Assembly: GCA_977020255.1 (NCBI GenBank)
Contig: CDROCS010002422.1
Coordinates: 310,001-374,000, forward strand
Reading direction: 5' to 3'
DNA: 64,000 bases
DNA from: Obrimoposthia wandeli
Taxonomy: Eukaryota
The notes beneath the pieces are model-generated. The model was given only the letters and a program-made list of their open reading frames with translations, ran no database searches and was not told where the DNA came from. Positions 1-7,824 of this stretch are shown here, piece after piece. A program made the translations under genes and the position numbers. Every line of letters begins with the position of its first letter. Positions within the stretch are counted from its first letter, which is position 1.

Positions 1-33
1 TTACGCGACTTACTAAATACCCAAATTTCTATC

Positions 34-196
34 TAGTTCTCATCCAGAAACGGGGCCGTAACGAGGGCGACTCAATGGTTCAAGATGTGTGCTACTAGAT
101 ATGGGCGTTTGGTCATTCCAAATAACTATATCTAGTGGTGCTCAGATTGATCCAGTGAGCCGGTCGCAGTAGGCATCTGTTTCCGGATGGGAACTA
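34..196 (+). repeat. 163-nt long imperfect hairpin repeat, copy 1 (ERIC/MITE-like or structured RNA)
   Basis: Aligns without gaps to 7825-7987 (31 differences in 163 nt by hand count). Ends TAGTTCTCATCCAGAAACGG / CTGTTTCCGGATGGGAACTA pair with each other, with TA at both termini. Confidence 0.85.
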
Positions 197-216
197 TCTA
201 TAGATTGCGCTAAATA

Positions 217-1194
217 TTACTTATTATAGTTGGTAATTATTTTAGCGGCTGCGTCCCCTGCTGACTTTTTCCACTCATCCGCCATTGTTTTGCCAATGTC
301 TTGCAAATCAGTTAATAGCTGGCCTTGTGCGGCTTGTGTTTTCATACCGTTAGCGGCTAATTGGCTAATGTACCAATCAGATAACTGCTGAGCTTTTGAA
401 GTACCCGCTTGCTCTGCTAGCATTGCCATACCTTTTACGATGCTCTGAGTGCTTTTATCTAGCGACTCCCATGTATCTTTGTTAACAAAGATATAATTTC
501 TCGGAAGCCATGCGTTTACATCATAGAAATGTGTTAGTTGCTCCCATACTTTTTTATCGTAGCCCGTTGATCCTGACGAAATCATTGACTCAACAACACC
601 TGTTGCGAGTGCTTGAGATAACTCTGCCGCTTCAACTTGTACCGGCTGCATGCCCATCAACTCTGAAAGACGAGCTGTGGCTGCGTTATAAGAACGAAAC
701 TTAACGCCTTTAGTGTCCGCTTTGCCTGTTACTGGCTTTTTGAAATACAAACCTTGACCCGGCCAAGGGACTGAATAAAGCAGTACTAAGTTATCATCAG
801 ATAGCACTTTTTCTAGTTCGGGGCGCGCTGCATTCCAAAGTTTAACTGAACTATCAAAAGAAGAGGCGAGGAAAGGAACTGAGTCAAATCCGTATACGGC
901 ATTTTCATTGGCATGAGCCGATAGTAAACGCTCACCTATTTGTGCTTGTCCTGTTTGTACAGCGCGTTTAATTTCCTTGCCGCCAAACAGAGATCCACCA
1001 CCGTGAACCACGATATCTAGCTTCCCCTGGGTGGCAACTTTCACCGCTTCGGCAAACAACTTGGCGTTTTGAGTGTGGTAGTTAGTGTTAGAATAAGCCA
1101 TCGGCATATCCCATTTCTCAGCATTAGCTAGTGGAGAAATAAGGCAAGTTGTGACAGCAGTGACTGTGAGAAAATTTTGCAGTTTACGAAACAT
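217..1194 (-). CDS. dctP: TRAP transporter substrate-binding protein (DctP family)
   Basis: ORF 217..1221; likely start MFRKL at 1194 with a signal peptide ending ANA. DctP motifs: VHGGGSL, KGVKFRSY, AELSQALATGVV. Confidence 0.9.
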   Translation of the reverse strand: MFRKLQNFLTVTAVTTCLISPLANAEKWDMPMAYSNTNYHTQNAKLFAEAVKVATQGKLDIVVHGGGSLFGGKEIKRAVQTGQAQIGERLLSAHANENAVYGFDSVPFLASSFDSSVKLWNAARPELEKVLSDDNLVLLYSVPWPGQGLYFKKPVTGKADTKGVKFRSYNAATARLSELMGMQPVQVEAAELSQALATGVVESMISSGSTGYDKKVWEQLTHFYDVNAWLPRNYIFVNKDTWESLDKSTQSIVKGMAMLAEQAGTSKAQQLSDWYISQLAANGMKTQAAQGQLLTDLQDIGKTMADEWKKSAGDAAAKIITNYNK

Positions 1195-1322
1195 ATTTAG
1201 TCCTTTTATTAGAATTATCATTCAACCTTAAATCAATATAAGATACTTTGAATCGCATAGCAATACCTTGTATTAGTATTCCTTGCTGTCATACTACTCA
1301 CTTATTAATAAGAAACTCTATT

Positions 1323-2087
1323 ATGACGGAACCTAAAAAAGATCCTCTCTATGTACAAAGCGTTGAAAAAGCATTCAAAGTATTAGCTGTTTTTAATGCC
1401 CAACAAAGCGCTTTATCACTAACAGATGTAACAAAATTAACGGGATACAGTAAAAGTAGCGCACAACGCTTTTGCCACACGCTGCTGCAATTAGGCTATT
1501 TAAGACGCAGTTTTAATAATAGTGATTTTGAATTAACTGCAAAAACCACCGAAATCGGTGCCCGTTTTATCGAATCAAATAATTTAGTACGCCGCGCTCG
1601 CCCTTATCTACATAGTTTGAGTTCCAAAACAGAAGGTGCAACTACCCTCTCTATTTTAGATGGCAATGAAGTAATTTTTGTTTCTAGGTTTTTAGGCAAA
1701 GATGTATTAGATACCACAGTAACAGTAGGCAGCCGCTTACCTATTTATTGTACCGCTTCAGGTCGCGCCGCTGCATCATTACTCAACGATGACCAGCTAG
1801 ACAGAATCTTAGCAGCCCAAACATGGGAAAAGCGCACTGCGCAAACTGAAGTTGATCCTCAACAAGTAAAGCAACGTATCATCACCTGTCGTGAGCAAGG
1901 GTATGCTTTTGTCAAAAACCAATATGTGATGGCTGATTTATCGTTAGCAGTGCCTATTTATGATCGCCAAAGTGACCTGCGCGGCTCGATCAACTTAGCG
2001 GTTACCTCTGCTAATTTTAACGAAGAGCAACTCTTTGATCAGTATTTAGCATTGTTACAAAGTACCGCTCGCGCTATTAATAGCTAG
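1323..2087 (+). CDS. IclR-family transcriptional regulator
   Basis: ORF 1248..2087, likely start at ATG 1323. YVQSVEKAFKVL...LSLTDV HTH and VGSRLPIYCTASGRA effector domain; divergent from dctP. Confidence 0.9.
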   Translation: MTEPKKDPLYVQSVEKAFKVLAVFNAQQSALSLTDVTKLTGYSKSSAQRFCHTLLQLGYLRRSFNNSDFELTAKTTEIGARFIESNNLVRRARPYLHSLSSKTEGATTLSILDGNEVIFVSRFLGKDVLDTTVTVGSRLPIYCTASGRAAASLLNDDQLDRILAAQTWEKRTAQTEVDPQQVKQRIITCREQGYAFVKNQYVMADLSLAVPIYDRQSDLRGSINLAVTSANFNEEQLFDQYLALLQSTARAINS

Positions 2088-2121
2088 TTTTTATCCTGAA
2101 ACGGGATCAGGGACAGGACTA
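2085..2121 (+). repeat. 37-nt miniature derivative of the 163-nt hairpin repeat
   Basis: TAGTTTTTATCCTGAAA is identical to the first 17 nt of copy 2 (7825). It folds back on TCAGGGACAGGACTA. Confidence 0.6.
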
Positions 2122-2201
2122 AGAAAAAAGTTGTGGCCGAGTCATATAATTTTATACTGGATGAGAGTTGTTCATGCTTATAAGTGCCTGCACAGTGCAC
2201 A

Positions 2202-2348
2202 GGCTGTGTGAAAACTCCCAAAAGTATGCAAATTACACCTTTCTTATGTATGTTTTAAATTACCGGATTAACAAAATCAATAACTTAGATTGCACCTGTT
2301 TTCTTAGAAACGGGAAATTAACAGTTTGATCTGAGTTTTCACACAGTC
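2202..2348. mobile_element. 147-bp MITE with 16-bp terminal inverted repeats and 8-bp flanking direct repeat
   Basis: GGCTGTGTGAAAACTC (2202-2217) / GAGTTTTCACACAGTC (2333-2348), 15/16 match. AGTGCACA lies at 2194-2201 and 2349-2356. No ORF inside. Confidence 0.75.
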
Positions 2349-2412
2349 AGTGCACAAAGCGGACGTTTTTACTCTGAGCTATTCATAAAGGACAGTGAAT
2401 CACTGTGCCTAT

Positions 2413-2451
2413 AAAAAACCACGCTTTCATCGCCATTATAATGAAAGCGTG
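2413..2451 (-). terminator. Probable intrinsic terminator (minus strand)
   Basis: 11-bp stem CACGCTTTCAT/ATGAAAGCGTG preceded by an A6 run on the + strand. Confidence 0.45.
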
Positions 2452-2956
2452 TGAGCTGCTATATGCTAAAACTTAGGTTCCTGAAAAAACAAACATCTTA
2501 GCCAAATAAAAAGCACACGCTATTAGCTTCTATCGAACAGCCATCATATTCGCTCATTTATCTGAGCTATTCACGCGTTTCAGTAACTCAATTCAAACCT
2601 TTATTTTCGACTTTGCACATTACTGTCATTGACGTGATCTTTTTGGAGAGCTCTAGTCTATGAATATAGAGAAAATACTCTCTATACTTTCCACAAAACA
2701 ATCACAATTCGTAATGCTTCATGAGAAAATAAATGCGGTTTTTTTATTCAAACGAACACTGCTGAATGAGTTATATTTACAGGGATGAACACTTTGGGTT
2801 GTTTCGTTCACTACTCAAAAGTAGCCGCATCTCTATACCCTAAACTGTTTCATGCTAAGCAGTAATTGCTCAGAATAAATACTTAAAACCCCGTTTTCGC
2901 AAGGAATCGGGGTCATTTTTGTTATTGTGTGAAACAAAACTAATAGGATTTGTTTC

Positions 2957-3594
2957 ATGCCACGAATAGTCGAAGTAGCACCTGAAATGCGGCTTTATTC
3001 TGCTACAGGCGAACGCCTTTATCTTAATAAAGACGAACGCGCGAAATTCTTGCTCGCGGCTAACGATGAAAGTCCCGTCGACCGTATGTACTGCCAAGTT
3101 CTTCATGATACAGGCTGTCGACCTAGTGAAGCCCTCGCATTGTTTGCAGATCGTGTGACTTTCGACGGTTCAATCACATTCAGAACACTGAAAAAACGTA
3201 CCCATGATGGGCAAGGGCGAGTGAAGTTACCGCAGTATCGTACCGTTCCAGTTTCGCTGCGTCTTATTGAACATCTCGATTTAGTGTTTGGATTGCGCCT
3301 GCTTCATAAACAAAATGACTCGCTAGCAGCGCAGATGCCTTTTTGGTCAATGAGTAGAACCACCGCTTATCGATTGATTAAGCGGGTGATGGCTCGCGTA
3401 GGTATCAAAGGAAAGCAGGCGACTGCTAAAGGTCTGCGTCACGCTTTGGTGTCGCTATGATTACCGCTGCTAAGCCTGTGCCTATTCATTTGTTAGCAAA
3501 GGCTATGGGCCACTCATCAACAAAAACGACCGAGGTTTACTTGTCCGTGATCGGAGAAGAAGAACGAGGTATATTTCTGGGTGCATGGGAATGA
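2957..3594 (+). pseudogene. Small tyrosine recombinase (catalytic domain only, ~212 aa when repaired), 1-nt frameshift
   Basis: ORF 2957..3460 carries TGCRPSEAL and KGLRH. Adding one T to the TTT at 3445-3447 gives LRHAFGVAM...MGHSSTKTTEVYLSVIGEEERGIFLGAWE*, restoring the catalytic His and Tyr. Confidence 0.9.
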
Positions 3595-3675
3595 TAAGAT
3601 AAAAATACATAGTTGATTTAGTGGCTTATGAATTTAATTGATCATCAAATAAAATAACAAGGAGCGATATATAGA

Positions 3676-4103
3676 ATGGAATTATTATTAGGATCTGTAG
3701 TGGGTTCAGTTGTTGGATCACTTATTGGTTATATAGCCTCTCTAATTATTCAAGAGAGGAAATATAAATATGACTTAAGTATGGTTGCAATAGAACGGAA
3801 GCTGGATACCCATTAAAAGCATATACACTTTACTTTGAAATCATTAATTATCCCTCTGGTGATCCCTTAAAAATATATGAAAAGGGTGTGTTTTTCTTAA
3901 GAGAGAATAATTTATATCTAAATGAAAAATCGAGAAAGTCTCTTGAGTTCTGTTTGTCTCAGTTAGAGATATGCGTCAGCTTAAATGATAACCCTGCCCA
4001 ATTGTGTATTGAGTTAAAAAAAATGACAGGTAAAGGGGAAGAAATAAGAGAATCTCTGGGAATACCTGAAATTAAACTATCGTCAATAAATAAAAATTTA
4101 TAG
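3676..4103 (+). pseudogene. Array gene 1: N-terminally membrane-anchored hypothetical protein, frameshifted
   Basis: MELLLGSVVGSVVGSLIGYIASLIIQERK...KLDTH stops at 3814-3816. Another frame continues from 3816 as KAYTLYFEII... into ORF 3888..4103. Confidence 0.65.
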
Positions 4104-4144
4104 TTGTATTCAAATGTGATGAACCAAAGTTAAGGAAGCCATTT

Positions 4145-4420
4145 GTGAATAAAGATGATCTATTTATGTATCTGATATTAACGCCAGCGGCGCTCACTTT
4201 CCCATTAGTATCAATCTATCAAGTTTATACATACTTGAAAAATGGATTTTGGGTTTCAATATCAGCGTTAGATTTTTTAAAATATGTGAACCTACAATGG
4301 GCATCAAATCTGATGAACTGGTAAGGACTTACGGATGTATTGGATGTAGTTCCTATGAGTCTCTCGCCCATTATTTTTATAATTATTCCGTGTCTATTTA
4401 TTGTTTCAATCAATAGGTAG
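4145..4420 (+). pseudogene. Array gene 2: small membrane protein with in-frame stop
   Basis: GTG start after the repeat variant at 4120. MNKDDLFMYLILTP...WASNLMNW*GLTDVLDVVPMSL...INR*, with TAA at 4322-4324 in an otherwise open 91-codon frame. Confidence 0.6.
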
Positions 4421-4455
4421 GCCAAAGTAATGAATCAAAAAAGCAAGGAATTCGT

Positions 4456-4620
4456 ATGTTTCCGTGGAATGAATTATCGATTTTTGAGTTTGGTGTGCAT
4501 CTTATGCTCATTGGCTTATGGGTTACAGGGCTTCTGATATATCAAAAAGTATCTTATTTGGTCCGACTAAAAGAAATAGAGTTCAAAAGCCAAGGGGTTT
4601 TAAGTGACAGTGGCGAATGA
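4456..4620 (+). CDS. Array gene 3: 54-aa membrane protein
   Basis: ATG 6 nt after the repeat variant at 4431-4449. MFPWNELSIFEFGVHLMLIGLWVTGLLIYQKV..., one hydrophobic helix. Below the ORF track cut-off. Confidence 0.55.
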   Translation: MFPWNELSIFEFGVHLMLIGLWVTGLLIYQKVSYLVRLKEIEFKSQGVLSDSGE

Positions 4621-4661
4621 AGAAAAATAAATTACTTTAGTAGATATTAAGGAAAATATAG

Positions 4662-4823
4662 ATGACACATATGCAGCATAGGAATTTTGTTCTAAGTTAC
4701 GTTTGCTTGGGGCTTCTTATTATTATTGTTGCCGAAACTAACAATTGGATTGTTGTTATACCTTTGGTTGCTGGAGTGTATTTTTTAGATTCTGCTTTGC
4801 GTAAACATGTAAAAACTCGCTAA
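4662..4823 (+). CDS. Array gene 4: 53-aa membrane protein
   Basis: Preceded by AGATATTAAGGA. MTHMQHRNFVLSYVCLGLLIIIVAETNNWIVVIPLVAGVYFLDSALRKHVKTR*, two hydrophobic segments. Confidence 0.5.
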   Translation: MTHMQHRNFVLSYVCLGLLIIIVAETNNWIVVIPLVAGVYFLDSALRKHVKTR

Positions 4824-4854
4824 AAATTGAACCAAAATAACAAGGAGCGAATAA

Positions 4855-5391
4855 GTGATAACTGATTTTGAATTGCTAGCAAGTAACAATTTTCTAGTAC
4901 TGGATACTGAAACAACAGGGCTTGAAGGCGACGATCAAGTGATTGAAATAGCAATTATTGATAGTACCGATAAAACATTGATGAATGCTCGTTGTTGTCC
5001 AACCACTTCAATAAATGAATTCGCTCTAAATGTGCATGGTTTATCAATGTCGGTGTTAAAGAATGAACCCCAATTCCCAGCGCTATACGAAAGCTTAAAA
5101 GAAATACTGAAAAATAAAAAAGTGGTTATTTTTAATGCTAATTTTGATGTCCGGTTACTTATCCAAACCTGCAAAGCGTTTGATTTAGATTATGGATTTT
5201 TGGATGAAATTAAGTACATCGATGCAATGTATTTAGCCGCTAATGAATATGGAGCTACCAATAAATACGGTAGCATTTCACTTGAAAACGCTAGAAAAAA
5301 GGCAGGCATTGAATGGCGTGGCACTGCTCATACTGCATTAGCTGATTGTAAGTGTACGTTAGACGTTACTAATAAGATCGCAGGCTTGTGA
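4855..5391 (+). CDS. Array gene 5: DEDDh 3'-5' exonuclease (DnaQ-like)
   Basis: ExoI LDTETTG, ExoII FNANFD, ExoIII HTALAD. Confidence 0.9.
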   Translation: MITDFELLASNNFLVLDTETTGLEGDDQVIEIAIIDSTDKTLMNARCCPTTSINEFALNVHGLSMSVLKNEPQFPALYESLKEILKNKKVVIFNANFDVRLLIQTCKAFDLDYGFLDEIKYIDAMYLAANEYGATNKYGSISLENARKKAGIEWRGTAHTALADCKCTLDVTNKIAGL

Positions 5392-5439
5392 TCTACAAAG
5401 GCCAACAGTGAAACAAAATAACAAGGAAGCTTATTCATT

Positions 5440-5769
5440 ATGTTTAAATCATTTTTAATTCTAATTGTGTTCTTCAATTTTTCGATTACCAATATCAGTG
5501 CTAATGAAAATAAAACAGATAGTGGCGGGGCTGAAAATATAGGTTTAACACTATTAGCGACTGGAAAGCTTACTGGTGCTTGCGGAATTATGAAGCTACA
5601 ACTTGAATTCCAAGAAAATACTAAGCTTGATAATGGATACAAATTCATAGCCAGATTTTGGACAGCAGAAGCGGCTAGATTAGGGAAAACCCTAGAAAAG
5701 TATGCTGCTGACTGCGCTGTTACAGTGAATAATTATGATGACTTTTACACTAGGTTAGAGGCTCAATAA
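5440..5769 (+). CDS. Array gene 6: exported hypothetical protein
   Basis: Signal-peptide-like N-terminus ending ISA; follows the repeat at 5409-5427. Confidence 0.7.
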   Translation: MFKSFLILIVFFNFSITNISANENKTDSGGAENIGLTLLATGKLTGACGIMKLQLEFQENTKLDNGYKFIARFWTAEAARLGKTLEKYAADCAVTVNNYDDFYTRLEAQ

Positions 5770-5811
5770 ACTAATTTTTGCAACAAAATAACAAGGAGTG
5801 CGGCTCTAGGC

Positions 5812-5912
5812 TGTTTCGTTCACCGTTTTTAACGATGCCAAGACCTTGAAGCCTCTAACGATAACGTTTGAGGTTTTTCTTTGGCTTATATTACGTCATA
5901 GTGAACGAAACA
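5812..5912. mobile_element. 101-bp mini-element with 12-bp terminal inverted repeats
   Basis: TGTTTCGTTCAC (5812-5823) / GTGAACGAAACA (5901-5912); the same motif occurs at 2800. Confidence 0.55.
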
Positions 5913-6008
5913 CATCTTCCGTTCGCTATTCCACCCCTAACTTTACACAAAGTAATTAAAGCGTGTAAAGTTTAGTCAATTTTTTGTCAGTTTAGATCAA
6001 CCTAGCCA

Positions 6009-6443
6009 TTAGGTGATACTAAATAGAAAATCAGGTCTAATCTTGAAGCGGATACATAGCTTTTCTATCGCAGGCTTGGTCAATGGACGTACATTATTCA
6101 ACACACGGCTTACCATCGTCTTATCACCAATTTCTGGTAAGTCACTGCGGGTAAGGTTGTATTGACTCATCAGCACATTCAAAGTAGCTATATGAGCAGG
6201 AATGCCGTTAGCTTTGCTGATAAAATTCATTAAATCAATATCCCTTTCCTCATACCTATCTATGGAAGAAGCGATGATATCAATTAATGGATTTAAAGGT
6301 GCATTCTCCTCGTCTTCACTGGCATCAATAAGCTCACCTATAAATATTTGAGCTTTCTCATAATCATTTTCATTAGTAATGTTGATCAAAGATGAAAGCG
6401 GGCTAATAAAAACTTCGAATGCTTTAATTTCAGATTGATACAT
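6009..6443 (-). CDS. higA: HigA-type antitoxin (C-terminal HTH)
   Basis: NPLIDIIASSIDRYE and LTRSDLPEIGDKTMVSRVLNNVRPLT HTH; downstream of a higB-like gene. Confidence 0.85.
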   Translation of the reverse strand: MYQSEIKAFEVFISPLSSLINITNENDYEKAQIFIGELIDASEDEENAPLNPLIDIIASSIDRYEERDIDLMNFISKANGIPAHIATLNVLMSQYNLTRSDLPEIGDKTMVSRVLNNVRPLTKPAIEKLCIRFKIRPDFLFSIT

Positions 6444-6469
6444 TTTATTCCCCTTACAATACCTTTCGA

Positions 6470-6757
6470 TTATTTTCTATGTTTCGCGGTGAATTTATCA
6501 TAGTCAGCATGGGAGCCGACAAACTTAATATGCATAAGGCCATGAACGAATTGGATTGCGGCGACCATTCTTAAATTGTTACCGCCGACATCAACCACCC
6601 ACCATTTATCTTTATACTTAAAATTATCTAGACTTGGGAGCACTACTTTGAGTTCATCAGGGGTTCTAAATTTCTGTTTGTTCAATACAGAATAAAGGTT
6701 CTCTAAAGCTTTAGCGTCGTTGGGATATTTCTTTGCCGCATCATTGAACGGCGCGAA
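6470..6757 (-). pseudogene. higB: HigB-type toxin, 5' end damaged
   Basis: Frame is open from 6757 (FAPFNDAAKKYPND...WWVVDVGGNNLRMVAAIQF...HADYDK), but in-frame TAA at 6758-6760 leaves no ATG/GTG before TTG 6685. Confidence 0.75.
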
Positions 6758-6877
6758 TTATACCATTCTTAAATTGTTATCGCCAATATTATTCTGCTAC
6801 CACCCAAATCAGTCTACATATCAATGCTCAATCTGCCTAATGCCTTCCTGCTACTATGCCTCTAGCTGAAAACAACA

Positions 6878-7576
6878 TTAGCCGCGCGCAGCTGCCAACC
6901 AGTGAATAGCATCTACTAAATCAAATACAGGAAGCTGGAAGTGCTCACGCAGTGCCGCTTTATAAGGCGATAAATTAGTGCATTCTAATAACAAGCAACG
7001 TGGCTGATGCTGCATAAGCTGCTCAACCGCTTGAATAACATCACGCTGTGCAAGGTTTAAATCTAAATCAGCACGCCCTTCTTTTATAACGTGATGTAAT
7101 TCCTGACCATTTTCAATACCGGCTATTTTCAAGTTGCTATCAAAATGCCCATTAAAATGCGCTTCGTTTAATACTCTACTATCAAAAGTAACTACGCCAA
7201 TGGTGCATAACGGGCCAAACGCTTGGCGCAAAAATGGCAGCAACCCAAGTGAACTGGCAATAAAAGGAAGATCAATACTTTGCTGCACTTGTGCTTGTAC
7301 TTTGGCTAAAAAACCGCAGCTTGTAGTGATGATATTGGCCCCAGCTGCTTTTAAACTTAAACCACCTTCTATCACCTCCTGGATTAACTGCGGCGCAAGA
7401 TCTGCACAAACCACATTCGCTACATTCGCTTTACGCAATTTAAAAATCTGCGCAGGATATTGATAACTCGCCACATTGCCAATATCGCCTACTGGCCTAG
7501 CGAATTCGGTGTTAAGCATGATGATACCGATATGCGGCGCATTGTTTTGAGTTTCTGATGGCTGTGATGAGGGCAT
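6878..7576 (-). CDS. Aspartate/glutamate racemase-family protein
   Basis: Paired catalytic Cys motifs TSCGF and ECTNL; N-terminal FARPVGDIGN. Confidence 0.75.
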   Translation of the reverse strand: MPSSQPSETQNNAPHIGIIMLNTEFARPVGDIGNVASYQYPAQIFKLRKANVANVVCADLAPQLIQEVIEGGLSLKAAGANIITTSCGFLAKVQAQVQQSIDLPFIASSLGLLPFLRQAFGPLCTIGVVTFDSRVLNEAHFNGHFDSNLKIAGIENGQELHHVIKEGRADLDLNLAQRDVIQAVEQLMQHQPRCLLLECTNLSPYKAALREHFQLPVFDLVDAIHWLAAARG

Positions 7577-7824
7577 GCTCTGAAAATCCTAATGAGAGGT
7601 AAATAGCAATGGGGTTAGCGCAAGAGTTTAAGCTTTCTATGCAGAATTTAGCAAGCGCGTTCTATCATTACATCCTCTAGTTTTCTTAATAAATAAGCAG
7701 TAAAAACACTTAATGGCGCCACTGATTTTAAAGCTTTGCTAATCATCTACTTTTTAGCACAACGGTGCTCTATTTGTTTAATCTCAAGCATAGCTTAATG
7801 CAGCCTTCTTAGGTTAGAATTAGT

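Larger units (their letters stand above)
3645..5797 (+). repeat. Interspersed ~19-nt direct repeat TGAA(C/A)CAAAATAACAAGGA in front of array genes
   Basis: Exact AAAATAACAAGGA at 3651, 4834, 5415 and 5785. Variants at 4120 (TGAACCAAAGTTAAGGA), 4431 (TGAATCAAAAAAGCAAGGA) and 2930 (TGAAACAAAACTAATAGGA). Confidence 0.85.
2800..5912. mobile_element. Recombinase plus gene-array islet bounded by 14-bp inverted repeats
   Basis: TGTTTCGTTCACTA (2800-2813) / TAGTGAACGAAACA (5899-5912). Encloses the tyrosine recombinase and the repeat-punctuated array; AT-rich; no target duplication seen. Confidence 0.55.

Noticed and set aside
34-196. 163-nt hairpin as an integron attC site
   Set aside because: Polarity is wrong: GTT is at the 5' end and AAC at the 3' end, whereas attC reads RYYYAAC...GTTRRRY. 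The copies also do not flank the array genes.
2870-3106. 78-aa minus-strand ORF, and similarly 4225..4425, 4935..5174 and 5328..5648
   Set aside because: They are antisense to better-supported plus-strand genes and carry no recognisable motifs.
3645-5797. CRISPR array
   Set aside because: Repeats are short, non-palindromic and separated by hundreds of bp containing ORFs; no cas genes.
5939-5972. 10-bp inverted repeat AACTTTACAC/GTGTAAAGTT as an islet end or TA operator
   Set aside because: Single occurrence downstream of higA, not in the TA promoter; more simply a terminator-like hairpin, and not supported further.
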